From positions 744,001 through 808,000 of the forward strand of contig OZ025798.1 in the NCBI GenBank assembly GCA_964019425.1: 64,000 nucleotides of DNA. Reading direction: 5' to 3'. This DNA comes from Flectonema sp. DT1601. Lineage: Eukaryota. The position numbers and the translations under genes were made by a program. Below are positions 42,206 through 55,748 of the stretch, in pieces (the first letter of the stretch is position 1; every line of letters starts with the position of its first letter). Below the pieces are notes generated by a model that ran no database searches, was not told where the DNA came from, and was given only the letters and a program-made list of their open reading frames with translations.

Positions 42206-43135
42206 ATGGCTTGTGTAATCTGTAAGCCATTGGGGTCTTGGTTCTGTCCAGAAGACAGACCGTCACCATTATACACAACTTTCGCTAGTTTGATGAACGC
42301 TGCTACATTGGTATGTTTTTTTTTTGTATAATTTTCTTTTGACCAATGCTAGTAGTTAACTTACCCACAGTTGTTATGTGCTAAGTACATCACACTGGGT
42401 GAAATAGACGACTGTAAAATGCCTGACGTAAGAACATGGTTTGGTGTTTCTATAGCATTGTGTGTTTGGAATATAGGATTTTCCATATACCTCTATCAGA
42501 GACTAGCAATAAAAGTACGAGAGGGAACTGTTGCTAGCGCAGTTTGGAAACTTATTGCCTACGACGTAGGGGTTTGTATTAATTTCTGTGTTATGATATT
42601 TTTAATGGCCTGGCTTGGTTGGGGTGGATCACTACGGGACGATGCTGACAATGTGAAAATAAAAATTGTTCGAGTAACTGACCTGCCTGCAGGTGCAGGT
42701 ACGTATCCTCCACCCACGTCAGGCTGCGATACGATCTCTGACAGTCTTGTTCTAGTTATAACATTGTTTATTATCTTTCTTATACTGGGGTTGTGTATTA
42801 TTGCATTGTCTATTTGTACAGAATGTTGTCGTGAGCCCCGTTGGAAACAACATCCTACGACAACAACAACGGCAGCTCCACATGCCAGTAGTAGTGGTAG
42901 CAGCGGATGTCCAAACCCCTTTCGTTTATTTTCGAAAAAATCTCATCACTCTGGTGGCGGTGGTGGTGTTGGTGCTCCTCCACAGCATCATCATCACCAT
43001 CAAGTTCAAATGGCTGCTCCTCCTCAGTCGATGCCAATTTATGCTGAGCCAGTCCAATTACAGGCAGTGCCAGTTGGTTATCCCTCAGGTTACCCTCCTC
43101 CGTCAAATTATCCCCCACCTCAACAAGCAGTTTAG
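42206..43135 (+). CDS. Four-TM membrane protein with Pro/Tyr/His-rich C-terminal tail; exons 42206-42310, 42371-43135
   Basis: ATG 42206 (MACVICKPLGSWFCPEDRPSPLY..), phase-0 intron 42311-42370 GTATGT..CACAG joins the 42371 ORF; hydrophobic helices; GYPSGYPPPSNYPPP tail. Confidence 0.8.
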
Positions 43136-43312
43136 TAACGAGCCTGAATAAACATCTTTTTGTAGATAATTTACCCACTCCTTGTTCATCGAGAACAGTA
43201 ACAAAAAAATTCTAACCGAAACTGATTCTCTTTAAAACGACTGAGTGAGTCAAAACCAACCGTAGGCAGAATTATTATTTCATCTTCTTCCAACAGGATT
43301 TGTCTATAAAAG

Positions 43313-44869
43313 ATGGTTGTTCTCGCAGCAGCTGTACTAACCAATAATACCGGTAAATCATCAAAGGTATTACTCTCTCGTCAATATGTTGAGATGACGA
43401 GAATTCGTATTGAGGGTCTGTTGGCTGCTCTTCCAAGATTAATGAATACTGGATCACAACATACATTTATTGAGACTGATAACGTTAGATACGTATACCA
43501 GCCTTTTGAGCAAATGTTGTTGGTGATTGTTACAAACAAAGGATCAAACATCGTTGATGATTTGGATACATTAAGATTATTGGGTAGATTACTTCCTGAA
43601 ATCGTACCTCTGGCAAATGATGTTGGTTATGGAACAGCAAGAACTGAAGTAGAAGTCCAACAAGCAGCCTTTGATATTATGTTCGCATTCGATGAAGTAA
43701 TTTCAATGGGTTACCGTGATAACGTTACCGTTGACGGTGTTCTCACAACACTTGAAATGAAGTCTCACGAAGAAGACCAGGCTAATGAAGCCGCTCTGCA
43801 GAAGGTAAAGGAAGCGATCCTTCGCGGAAAGGAAGCTGCCAAGCAACTTAAAAAGGAGAGAGAAGGTCGCAACCGCGAAAAGGAAGACAGTATGAAGCCA
43901 ACTGTCTTCTCAGACCCAACACCACCACCAGTTCAGGAGGAGGTCAAACCTATTCAGAGGTCTGCTAAACCAACAACTGGAGGTCTTCAGATGGGTCTTG
44001 GTAGGAAGAAAGATATGGTAAGACAAATAGCTCAAGAAGATGGTGGTAAGGTACCAACAGCCGCAAAAACTTCCAGACCGGCAGTTTCAACATCAACAGA
44101 AAAGGCCGAGACTATGATCCGTGAAGAAGTCAGCACCACATTCGATAACGATGGTATGCAGTTGAGTGATGCTACTCTAAAGGGAGCTTTGTTTTTATAT
44201 GTTCCAAATGATGAATATTCTCTCTTTGAGGTTCAACTTAGCAAGAAAACTCTCAACCGTCGTAATTACGACATCAGACCCCACCCAACTCTCTCGAAGG
44301 TTATTGATGATCGATGCCTCATTAAGACTGCTACGCAAAAATTTCAAAAGCAGAAGCAGCATCAAATTTTAAAGTGGTCTTTGAAAGCGTCTGCGAATAT
44401 TTCTGTTCCTATTACTGTTCTTGTGTGGGGTGAGGATTCGAAGATTTTGGTTCAGTATGAATTGGCTGAGGAGGCTATGGAGAGTGAGTTCTTAAACGTT
44501 AAGATTACTATCCCAGCACCTGCATCTCCGACGATTGATGAAAGTGATGAGAACTGCTTCTATGATCCAGACTCTGGTTTGATCACCTGGAGAATTGAAA
44601 AGATTGACAGAGAGAATCCACAAGCTGGTGTTAACATCTCATGGGATGATCCGGTACCAGTAACTGACGTACAGCCACTGACACTTGACTTCCAAGCGTC
44701 ACCAGCTCTCAGTGGTGTTGCCGTGTCCAGCGTGCTTCCAATTGGACCTGGTGCTCTTTGGATTCGTCGTCGTCTTGCAGTTATGTCTGCCTCAAGACGT
44801 TCGTCCAGTCTCGGTAAAATCAACGGTAAGTGTCCTGACGTTATTAAAAACATTTGTGAGTTTCTTTAG
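43313..44869 (+). CDS. ARCN1: Coatomer subunit delta (delta-COP)
   Basis: MVVLAAAV..LLSRQYVEMTRIRIEGLLAALPRL..QHTFIETDNVRYVYQP..SNIVDDLDTLRLL..FAFDEVISMGYRD..EMKSHEE, then a mu-homology-like domain. The last 40 or so residues are uncertain (possible donor GTAAGT at 44826). Confidence 0.93.
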   Translation: MVVLAAAVLTNNTGKSSKVLLSRQYVEMTRIRIEGLLAALPRLMNTGSQHTFIETDNVRYVYQPFEQMLLVIVTNKGSNIVDDLDTLRLLGRLLPEIVPLANDVGYGTARTEVEVQQAAFDIMFAFDEVISMGYRDNVTVDGVLTTLEMKSHEEDQANEAALQKVKEAILRGKEAAKQLKKEREGRNREKEDSMKPTVFSDPTPPPVQEEVKPIQRSAKPTTGGLQMGLGRKKDMVRQIAQEDGGKVPTAAKTSRPAVSTSTEKAETMIREEVSTTFDNDGMQLSDATLKGALFLYVPNDEYSLFEVQLSKKTLNRRNYDIRPHPTLSKVIDDRCLIKTATQKFQKQKQHQILKWSLKASANISVPITVLVWGEDSKILVQYELAEEAMESEFLNVKITIPAPASPTIDESDENCFYDPDSGLITWRIEKIDRENPQAGVNISWDDPVPVTDVQPLTLDFQASPALSGVAVSSVLPIGPGALWIRRRLAVMSASRRSSSLGKINGKCPDVIKNICEFL

Positions 44870-45334
44870 GATTTTATTTTATTTTTCAATTTAGTTTGGT
44901 TTGGATGAAGTTTTTTTTTTTTTTTTTTTTTTTTTTTTGGTTCACTTTTTTGATAACCAACACTGATGTGGAGAATAAGTGAAGAAAAAAAAAAAAAAAC
45001 CCCCTACCCACCCAGCTTCGGTTTCCCCAATAAGTGTAATTCACGTACGTGAAGGTGTATCATTTAAAAGAGAAGTACACCGTGGCTACGACCAACATTG
45101 CTAGGGCCCTTTAGTCTGTTGTTACCCAGAAGAAAAAAGGAAGAGTTTGTTCTTAAAGCATTTTGTAAAACAATGGTAGCCCCCCTCTGTTTGCCTCCTG
45201 GCTACTTGCTTCATCCTATACTTACCTAAGAGATACAACAATAGCAAAAAAAAAAAATTTGAAAAAAAAAAAAAATGGGCAAAGAAAAGTGAAACTTTCT
45301 TTCCTGCGACAAAGTAAGGGAATAAAAAACACAC

Positions 45335-45365
<31 letters not shown>

Positions 45366-45511
45366 GAGATAATGAGAAATTAGTTTTATTTTTTTTTTTT
45401 TTCCTGAGACGAGACTACAGCAATGTTACGTAAATTCCTTATTTATTTTCCCCTTAATTCTTCAAAAAAAACCCAATCATTACTTTCCCCCTCTAGGTGA
45501 CCATAGTAAAA

Positions 45512-46858
45512 ATGGACACACCAACAAGCACGGCACCCTCATCAGCATCGATGACACCCAAAACTGCACGTCTTGTAAACAACACATTAAAGACAAGAAT
45601 CCAATCAATGTACGACCTACGAACAAGAGTAGAAGATCTCGCATCCATGTTGGGAGCTGAAGAAGAAGGTTTCAGAGAGTCCATCGGAATGTTAGTTGAA
45701 CAAAATTGCTCTCAAACAGAAAGAATGCAAAACCTCGAAGAACAAGTTGGAGCATACGAAACGATGCTACAGTCGGAAGAACAAGAGAAATCAAAAGCCG
45801 TTGAAATGGTGGCTGCATTTAAAAAAGAAGGTGAGGCGATAATGAAAAAATTAAAAGAAGCTCTACGAGAAGTGACCGTAAAGTATGAAAGTGAAAGAGG
45901 AAAACGAGAAAAACTTGAAAGTGACGTTCAGGACAAGTTAGAAAGTTACAGACAGCTACTCGAACAGCAGGAGAAGGTTGTCGTTCAATTGCAAGAACGT
46001 AATCAGCAACTCGAATTGAAATCAAAGAACGCTGTAAAACTTGTAAACGATATTAAATCAGCTGACGGATTCAACCAAGATTACCATGAAATAATGTCAG
46101 AGTTAAAGATTCTTGATAAGGCAACCACACCAACAAGTTCTAGAGGAACACCATTAACAGCAACACCAACAGGAACTGCTTTTGATGAATTGGGAAACAT
46201 TCAACACAAACTGAGATTAAAAGATCAAATTATTCAAATGCTCTACGCTAAACTAAAATCAGAACAAACTCACCGACTAGAAACTGAAGAACAAGCAGCT
46301 CTCATGGTAGCCGCAGAAGAAGAAACAATCCGAAAACTTGAAGAACGACTTCGAGATGTTGAAGGAGAACGCGACTCAATAATGGAACGAACTCGTCTGT
46401 CGTTAGCATCGAATACGATTCCTTCATCCACAGCTACGCCGATAAGTGTTTCTCCAGTTGTAAAAAAGGTTTGTTTCTCTTTTATTTGTTTTAGAAATCT
46501 TAATAAATCAAAATCTAATCTAAAAAAACAACAGTTGGATGTCAGTCATGATATGGTGCTACATGACATGCCTGCCGCTCCAAGTGCTACTCTTGAGATT
46601 CAACTTGCGGAAGTAACAAAAGATTTTAATCAGTCACTTGAGATGTGGAGTGATCGGATAAATGAAACCGTGACAACTGTAACTGCAACAACTCCTCTTA
46701 CAGCTCCATTCACTTCTTCTTATAGATCTGTGCCTGCTGGTCATCAAGATTCGAATTTAGTTTTGAGAGATTTGGAAGATGATTTCCAACCTGACACACC
46801 ATCACCTCAGAGGTTACCTTCCATGGATGCTGACTTCTTACCTGATACTCCGGGTTAG
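45512..46858 (+). CDS. Coiled-coil protein; probable in-frame intron 46469-46534
   Basis: E/K/Q-rich heptads; a 66-nt GTTTGT..AAAAAAACAACAG segment that translates as an out-of-character peptide. Confidence 0.78.
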   Translation: MDTPTSTAPSSASMTPKTARLVNNTLKTRIQSMYDLRTRVEDLASMLGAEEEGFRESIGMLVEQNCSQTERMQNLEEQVGAYETMLQSEEQEKSKAVEMVAAFKKEGEAIMKKLKEALREVTVKYESERGKREKLESDVQDKLESYRQLLEQQEKVVVQLQERNQQLELKSKNAVKLVNDIKSADGFNQDYHEIMSELKILDKATTPTSSRGTPLTATPTGTAFDELGNIQHKLRLKDQIIQMLYAKLKSEQTHRLETEEQAALMVAAEEETIRKLEERLRDVEGERDSIMERTRLSLASNTIPSSTATPISVSPVVKKVCFSFICFRNLNKSKSNLKKQQLDVSHDMVLHDMPAAPSATLEIQLAEVTKDFNQSLEMWSDRINETVTTVTATTPLTAPFTSSYRSVPAGHQDSNLVLRDLEDDFQPDTPSPQRLPSMDADFLPDTPG

Positions 46859-47462
46859 TGTTTGTTGAAAATTTCTAAAAAAAAAAACAACAAAAAATAA
46901 ATAAAATGCACAAGGTTTATTTGTTTCTTTCATTCGTCTAGATTATTGCTACTGCGATGCTTTTTTTTCCTTTTTTTTCTTTTTCTTGTTCTTTATATTC
47001 CTTTGCTTGTTCTGTTTCTTGTACTATTTTTTTTTTTTAAATTTTCCCCTTCATTTTGTGTACAGCAATTAGGCATTTTCCCCCTTCTTCCTCTTATTGC
47101 TTTCTCACTCGCCCTTGAAAACGAAGTACACTCCAAAATAGAGGACAATGTACTCGTTTCTAGGTGAATGCACACCTTCAGACGTTATTATTTATTGGTT
47201 GATGTTAAAAGAGAGAAAATAATTCAACTTAGGTCTGTTTCGTTATGTCTGTAGCTATTGTTATTTAGTTGAATTTTATTTTTTTTTGTTCTTTTCGTTT
47301 GTGGTTACGGCTTTATCTAATTATTTCTCTCCCTCCAGGACATAGAATTATCTTTTTTACGTGTCAACCAGATTTAACTGAATTTTTTTTTATTTTAGTT
47401 TTATCCCCTGAAGGTCACGAGCATCAGGAGATCTTTGTGTCTCTCTGACAAGAATAATAACA

Positions 47463-50400
47463 ATGACCTCACAGGCTAGAGTAGTACTCCGGGTACCTCC
47501 AAATGAAGCCTCGACAAAGTTAGGCTCTGATGGGTCATACGACACGGGTAAGGTTGGTATTACAAAGTGTTCAGAATTACTACCACTCGGTGATTCTAAT
47601 GCTTTGTGGAAAGGGATTGTTGAACCGATGATTGAAGACGTCTTTAATGGAAAGAATTCAGTCGTCGTTCATGTAAACAGTTGCGATACTATCGGAAGTT
47701 GGTTGGATCCCCTTTTTGGATCTAAAGATAGAAGTAGTGGAGTTGCAACACGAGCTCTGAGTGAATTGAAATCACGACTGAATGGAAAAATATCATCCGG
47801 GATCATGAAAGATTCCTACAGCATATGGACTTCATTCAGTACTACTACTGCCAGTATTTTAATGAGTTTAACAGATGAGTTCGCAACAGCTACACTTGAA
47901 TCAACCTCTCGATACCAATTAGGCCGTCAGCTTCTCTCAACCGATCCTTCTTTTGGAAGTGTTTTGTCAACTGTTCTTCAGAAACCACGTTTGTATCAGA
48001 AGACTTCAATTCTTTTTAATATTCATTTAACTAAGGGTGAAGATCATGTTGGTTCTATCACTTTCTTACAACCATGCGTGGCACACCATGAACCTTTCTT
48101 AAAGGCTGTATTACAAGAAGGAAAACAACGAAAATTAGTTCCGATATTTGAAAATGCCTTGAAAGTCGGAATAGCTGCTGTACCTTCCGATATCACTGAG
48201 GCATCATCATCTTTATTATCGGAAATCCATACCTCTATGAGACCTTACTTTAAAGAAGGTGCCAGTGCTAAGTTAAAAAGAACAGGCCAGGCATCCCTAC
48301 GTTTAGTTAAAAACACTCAAATTATATCAACTGCACAGGCAGTTGGAGAAGCTTTGTCTACATTCAAAAAAGCTGCTAAAAAAGATGACATCCCTGAAAG
48401 CAACGAAGCCGTAATAGACTCCTTGAGAGACCAACTGAAACGACGAGAAGGTGAAATCCTCTTAATGCAAAGGGCTAGAGAAGATGCAGCTAAAGAACAA
48501 GGGACTCAAGCGAGACGTATTCAAGATTTAAACTCTGAATTGGCGCGATCTGAAGCAAAGCTTCAAGAAAAAGAACGAGAATATGCTTCTCTGAGAACTG
48601 AACACAACAAATGGGAAGCGTTCCAAAGACAACTGAGAGCATTGGAATTAACAACAGATTCTGTTGAGTCGTTAGCAGCAAGGAAACAAGAGTTGGAACG
48701 GATGGTTGCTGAAAACGATGCCTCAAAAGAGAATCTTCTCCAAGAGGTTGCTGACATGTCCAACATCTTAAAAGAAAAAGACGTCACCCACACGAAGAGA
48801 GTTTCAATTCTTGAAAATGAACTTGAAAAAGAAAGAGCTAAATTTCATCTACAATCAGCTCAGAGTGACTCTAACAGCAAACAGGCTCTCAAAGAAGCAA
48901 ACGAACTGATCAGAAACTTACAACATCAGCTACAACGTGCTCAGGAGGAAATTGAAGATTTACGCAACCAACTTGATAAACAGGGAGATAAGAACTTGGA
49001 ATTACTTGATAAACTTCATGAGCTTAAAAATAAACTTAATAATGAAGAAGGGAAATCAAAGAATGCTGGAGATCGAAGCAGCAACTTGCAGGTAAGAATT
49101 CAAGATCTTGAAAAGGAATTAAATAATGAAAAAGATAAAGCTAACCAACTACAGTCTAATGTTGATACTCTACGTGATAATCTGGAAGACTCAAAGCATC
49201 AAGGAACTGCTTGTAATGATAAACTAAAAACCGAACAGAATCTTCGTCAGTCACTCGAAGACAGTATAGCTGCTCTTACAGACCAAGTCTCTGAACTACA
49301 AAATAAAAATACGGCTCTCAAATCGAAAATTGCCGACGAAGAAGTTGCCGCATCTCATGCTGGCATACTGGAAGATCGTATTGAGAGATTGGAAGATGAA
49401 TTAAAAGGTCAAAAAGATGACAACAGTACGTTAAGAAATGATTTATCAACCCTAGAACAACAACTCTCAGACTCTAAACATAGAGGAAACACGACTGATA
49501 AAGAGCTTTCGAATGAGAGAGCTCGTCGTCAGGCTTTGGAAGATGAGATTTCATCGGTAAACGACTCAGCAAAGAAACTTCGTGATACACTAGCAGAGAC
49601 GGAATCAAAATTACGAGATGCTACAAACACTACTGCTGACAACAAGAGATCAGCTCAGTCGAGAGAAGACACTCTCGCTAACGACAAGGATCGTCTTTCT
49701 AGAGAACTATCAGATCTGAAAGAAAAAGTTAATAAACTCAAAGAAGATCTTAGAAAGTGTGAAGACAACAATTCCGCACTCAAAAAACAACTAAATGACG
49801 CAACTCGTGAAAATAAACAAACAGCAAAAGACCTTGAGCTGGAGCAAAGTAATCGGAAGAGAACCGAACAAGATCTCGAATCCACCACATCAAAACTAAA
49901 AGACAAAGAAAAACAGATTGAAGCTCAATCTAATAATCTAAACGAGTTAAAGAGTGAAGCAGCCACAGCAGCAAGAGAAGCTAAGAGTAAAGAAGACGGT
50001 CTCAAGTTTGATAAAGATAAATTAGAAACAGAAGTAAATCAACTTAAAGATGAGGTCCAAAATCGTGAGGGACGTCGTCAAACAGACTCTGACGCTCTTC
50101 AAGACCTTCGCAATAAGCTCTCTGATTTGGAATACCTCCATAACAGATGCAGCAACGATCTTGAAATTGAAAAAGATCGCCGTGCCCGCACTGAACAAGA
50201 CCTTCAAGACCTCAAAGATAAGATAAAAGAAAAGGATCAAACAATTCAAGTTCAAAATGATGACCTCATGGCTTTGAAAACAAACACCGCAGCAGCAGCA
50301 CGTGAAGCCAAGAGTAAAGAAGAAGATTTGGGGTATGAAAATGACCGTCTGACAAGTGATGTCGCTGATTTGAAAAATGAAATAAAGAACAACGAACAGC

Positions 50401-53400
50401 ACTTGTCTACCAACACCGACACCATCGCAGATTTGAGAAGTAAGTTGGCCGAGTTAGAGCGAACACATTCTCGTTGTGGAGCAGACTTTGATAGCGAACG
50501 GAACAGAGTTAAGAATCTAGAAGAAGAGCATTCTGGTATCAGCGATCGCCTTAAAGATCGTGAAAAACAACTCGAAGACCAAACAAACGAACTTCACAAC
50601 CTAAAAACTTCCATTTCAGCAGCCGAACGAGACGCAAAAACACGCGAAGACTCTCTTCTGTATGACAAAACAAGACTCCAAGATGAGATGACTGCTTTGA
50701 AAGACGCAATAAAGTCCTCAGATGATCGTCGTAACAAAGATAACAATGACCTCAGTAATCTCAAAGCTAAACTATTTGAACTGGAATGCGCTCACAGCAG
50801 ATGTGGTAAGGATCTCAGTTTGTCGGATACTCGCACAAAGAACGCCGAACAAGACAATAAGAAATTAGCCGACTCAAATAAAGATCTTAACCAACAACTG
50901 ACGGATAAGAACAGATCTCTTCATGACTTGAAGAATGACAAAGCTGAAGCTGAAAGACAATTGAAACACAGTGATGCTAATTTTGCTTCTGAAAAAAGAC
51001 GTTTTGAAAAGGAACATAACGACCTGCAGAATCAACTGCGTGATCTTGAGGGTAAGAAAATAAAAACTATGGACGAATCGGAAAAGCTTAAAAACGAATT
51101 ATCTGATCTTCGACAAGACTTACAACACGCTGCTCAACAGAATCGCGATGACGCTGAATCCAACAATAAAAAAATAACATCCAACGATGACCTCATAAAG
51201 AAACTCAGAGCAGCATTAGAAACGGAAGAAGAGAAACGTAGAACTCTTGAAGCTGATTTAAACCAATCAAAGAACGATTTGATTGAAGCATCACACCAGC
51301 TGTCTGCAGCAGAAGCCACAGCTGACCAAATTACAACTCAAGCGGAGAGAGATGCTGTCAGGCTAACAAGAGAGAAACAACAAGACGTTGATAAAATTAA
51401 ACATCTTGAGAACACTATTGATGATCTGAACGGTAAATTGCAAACTGGAAAATCAGAAGTAGCTGATTTGCAACATTCAAATGAAAAGAGTGAAAGACAA
51501 CGGATTGCTGATTTATCTCAGGCTGACAGGAAAGCAGAAGAATTACAACACGAGGTGTCAAAACTGATGTCTGATTTATCGAATGAACGTGACAAAGAGC
51601 GACAGTCTCAACAGAGAATGGGAACTCTCTCTGATGATGTAAAGAGAGCACGTGATGAGATTATTCAACATCGTAAAGATGCTCAATCAGCTGAGAAAGA
51701 CCTCCAAGACAAACTACTTGACAAGGAAAGAGAACTGTCAAGACTTTCACGTGACCACAGCAGATCAGCAAATGACCTCGAAATGGCAACTCAGAGAGCT
51801 AAAACAAACGGCGATAAGGTCACAGAACTCACAGATGAAATAACAAAAATGTCAAAAGAAGGAGCAAAAGAAAAAGAAAGTTATGAAAGTGACATAAGAA
51901 AGTTAAAGGATCACCAAGATGATATCCAACGTCAGCTCGACTCAGCAGTTAGAGAGAGAGATCACTTACAAACTGATTTGATTAATGAACGAGATCGTCA
52001 TATTGAAGGAGAAGAATGGTCGAAGTCACTATCTGAAGAGCTTAGAGATATTCGTCATCAACTCGATAACTCTCGTCAAGCAGCCGAAGATCTAAAGCGA
52101 CACGAAGCCGAACTCAACTCAAAACTCTCTCGATCCGAACTATCTGCAAACCGTGAGCGAGACGCTGCCGCAGAACTCCAACAAAAACTAAAAGATTTCC
52201 AACACGAAAAAGAAGAAGCCACTAAAAAGTACTCCGACGAGACTTCCGCCGTCAGACAACAACTCTCAGATGTTCAACATGAGAATGAGAAATTAAAACA
52301 CGACATCGATCTGCTTGCTAATTCAAATGAAAGGAAAATTAATTCATTGCAACGAACACTAAAAAGTTTAGAAGCTGAACTCGCAGCTGAAACAGAACGT
52401 CGAGACAGAGAACACGAACATGCGAATACTCTCGGAGATGAACTTCGTGATATCAGAACTCAACTAGCTGATGAACAGTCTCAGAGAGAAAGAGACATTT
52501 CAACAGCTGTTGCGAATAGTCATCAACAGATCAGAGGACTAAAAGATCAGATTCACACTTTAGAAATTGGTCTCGAAGCTGAAAAACGTCGTGGCGACGG
52601 ACTCGTCTCTGATCTCGCCAGAGTACGCGAGGAATCAGCAGCTGAAAAACATCACCAGCAGCAAGAGGAGAGGGAAGCTGCTGGGGAACTTACAAAGGTT
52701 CAAATTCAACTGCAGAGTGAATCAGAGAAACGACGACAATCAGAAGCTGACAAAGACAAAGCCATTTGGGAAGCAGAGAAATCAAAAACAGAAACAGATG
52801 CTGCCAAACGTTCTGCCCTCGAAGCCGAAGCCGCCCAACAAAAAGCCGAACGTGCGCAACAAGAAGCCTTTGCTAAGTTGTCTGAAATGCAGCGCCAGAA
52901 GAGTGAGGCGGAGTCCTTTGCTCAAAAAGCCAGACAGGAAATGTCTGAAAAGACCGACATTGAAGGCCGCACTGCTTCTGAACTAAAGAAACTGAACGGA
53001 GAAGTACACGCACTTGAACATGCGATACGAGATAAAGAATTAGACATCGTAAACTTAAAAGATGACAACAGAAGACTGACAGGAGAACTGACTCTCATTG
53101 GCGATTCTATCCAACAAAGAGACGCGACAATAAATGATCTCGAAGACAAACTACAAACAGAAAAGAGAACCCGAACACAACTCGATGAAAGGATGCGAGA
53201 AGCAGAAGCAGAACTTATTGGAAGTAAACTATCCAGCGACAACACAGACAGATTGTTAGAGGATTTACAACATCAACTTGTAACAACATCAACTGAACTT
53301 GACTCAACTAAAGCAGCACTTCACGACTCAACTAAAGATAGCGATCGCTTAGCCAGCGACGTTTTAAAGTTGGAAGGAGCTCTCGCTGCTCAACGCGGTG

Positions 53401-55148
53401 AGTCCCAGACATCGGAAAAACTTCTCTCTGATAAACTAGCTGGTCTTGAATCTCAACGGATCCGACTTGAGCGAACTGTCGCAACCGTTCAAAAAGCAAA
53501 TGAAGACGCTCTTTCAGAAATAAGTACACTCAGAGATCAACTTTCAACTACTACCAGGCAGTTGGAAGTATCTCAATCAAATTTGGAACTCAACAAGAAT
53601 CAAGTTAGTCACCGAGAGAAGAGTGCAACTGAAAGAGCAGCAGCAGCAGAAGAAAGAGTTGCATTAAAAGATAAAGAACTCGAGGAAGCAAGAGATAGAG
53701 AGTTCAGAACACAGCAGCAGTTTGAAGCCGAGAAACGCCATCGCAATGCTGCGGAGTTGGAAGCTTCTCAACTACATGAGGAAGTAACTACTTCTAGATC
53801 TGAATTATCAATTATACGAGAAGACCTTCGACTCATTCAAAGACAACTTCGGGATACTGATGCTTCTTTAAGGAAGTCTCAACAAGAATTAGAAGACACT
53901 CACCGCTCTCAATCTAAAGAAGCTACTCAATTAGCTGAGGAACTGGCAATGGCAAGAGATCAAATAGCTCGTGAATTACGTAGAGGTGAACAGATGAATA
54001 ATGAATTGTCAGATATAAAGAAACGATTCCAAAATGAATCTCAGACATGTCAGAGACTGATGCGCGACAACGAACTCCTGCAAACTGATATTCGAAGAGA
54101 ACGAGACGAGGCTGCAATGCAACAGAAAAGAGGAGACAGCAACGAACAGCTAATCCACGGACTTCAATTATCACACGACGATCTTGAAGTAAAGTTAAGA
54201 GATGCTGAGGCTGAAATAATTCGTTTTCGTGGAGAAGCAGTTCGACTTACCGAAGTTGACACCGCTCGCAAGTCTCTCCAACTTACCTTAGAAGACTCCC
54301 GACGAGCTGAAGAAGAAGCAGCTCAAATATTAATGAAAACTGAGTCTGATCTCAGAAAGATCAGCAACTCCTTAGTTGATATGGTGTCTGGAAGGAGTAT
54401 TGCGATCACTGGATGTATGTCAGCTGAGTTGAATAGTGTTTCACGTCTTATAAGTGATCTTACATTAGAAGTTGAATTACTCAAATCAAGTCTACAGAAC
54501 GCTGAATCTCAAGCTAACTCCACCATCCCATTGTCTACTCGAATCTCAGAACTTGAAGACCAGCTTCGAACTACCAGCTCGGCATCTGCTGCCGAGATTT
54601 CTGTTTTGCGTAGTTCGCTGTCGGAGTGTGAAACGTCTCTTCAAGGTTTGTGTTTTCTTAATAAATATAAATATTAACAATTAGCGATCAGAACATTACA
54701 ACACAATCAAAAAACAGATGTCCAGCATCGCTATGAAATTGCCCAACTTGGTCTTGTGAAGGAGAGAGCTGCAAAACAAGACTACGAAGGAGAATTGATA
54801 AGCGCTGCTCAGGAATTGGAACTACGAGCACGTGACATCCAACAAAGAAATGACCTATCGAAATCAACGTTACAGAGAGCAGAACATGAGTCTGCAGCTC
54901 TTCGTGAAAGAGTAGCAATTATGGAGGTCCGTGCATTACCTTCATCAAGTTACCTCATTAACAGCAGCAAAAAAAAAAAAAAAAAACAGAAACGAGAAAG
55001 TACCATTCGCAGACACAGCAGATCTTTTTACGATGACCCCTTACCCCTGACACCAAGTTCAGCATATCATCATGAGACTAGAAATGATTATTCATCACGT
55101 CGATATGATTCCCCGGCAGCGAGTCGTAGGATGCAACGAGTTCTGTAG
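47463..55148 (+). CDS. Giant coiled-coil protein with degenerate N-terminal kinesin-motor-like domain; exons 47463-54645, 54718-54926, 54990-55148
   Basis: N-terminus ARVVLRVPP..IVEPMIEDVFNGKNSVVV..GVATRAL..YSIWTSF..ILFNIHL..GSITFL follows kinesin strand order, followed by more than 2000 aa of coiled coil. Introns 54646-54717 (GTTTGT..AAAAAACAG) and 54927-54989 (GTCCGT..A-run CAG) join the downstream ORF in frame. Confidence 0.8.
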
Positions 55149-55748
55149 TTCTTACTTACCTGGGGGGGAGTTGAGCTCTTTATTTTATTTTATTTATAAT
55201 GATTCCGATTCCGATGTTTTATATTAATCTTTGTTGTGTGGATGATACCACTAATGTTATCACCTGCGTTGCTTATAGCCTAATTCTTCAATGTGATTGG
55301 GAGCAGTAGATTTCTTTACACGAAAAAAAAAAAAAAAATTAGAGTGGGTGTTGTATTTCCCTTCCCAAACGTAGAATTAGAATTGTATTTTTTTTTGGTA
55401 AACAGCATATGTACTCACCTACAGCTGTATCTGCCTTTTCCCCTTTTTTTTTGTGGGTCAATTGCAGAGTGTATACCTACACTAACATTATCTTTAGTTA
55501 CTGTATCTAGAACTAATGTTAAATTATCGTTATGTTGTTTACGATACAAAACATTTGTATTTTACGTACAAAATTGAATAGTTTAGCTCCCACTTTTTTA
55601 TTTTGTCCTTTCTTTGCTATATTTATTGTAAAAATTAAAAAAAAAATAATCAGTATTACCAAGTTCTGTGTGAAAAACGTCATATTTGTCGGTGTTTATT
55701 ACGCATAGTTGACAACAGCCATCTTTAAAAAAAAAAAAAAAAAAGGAA

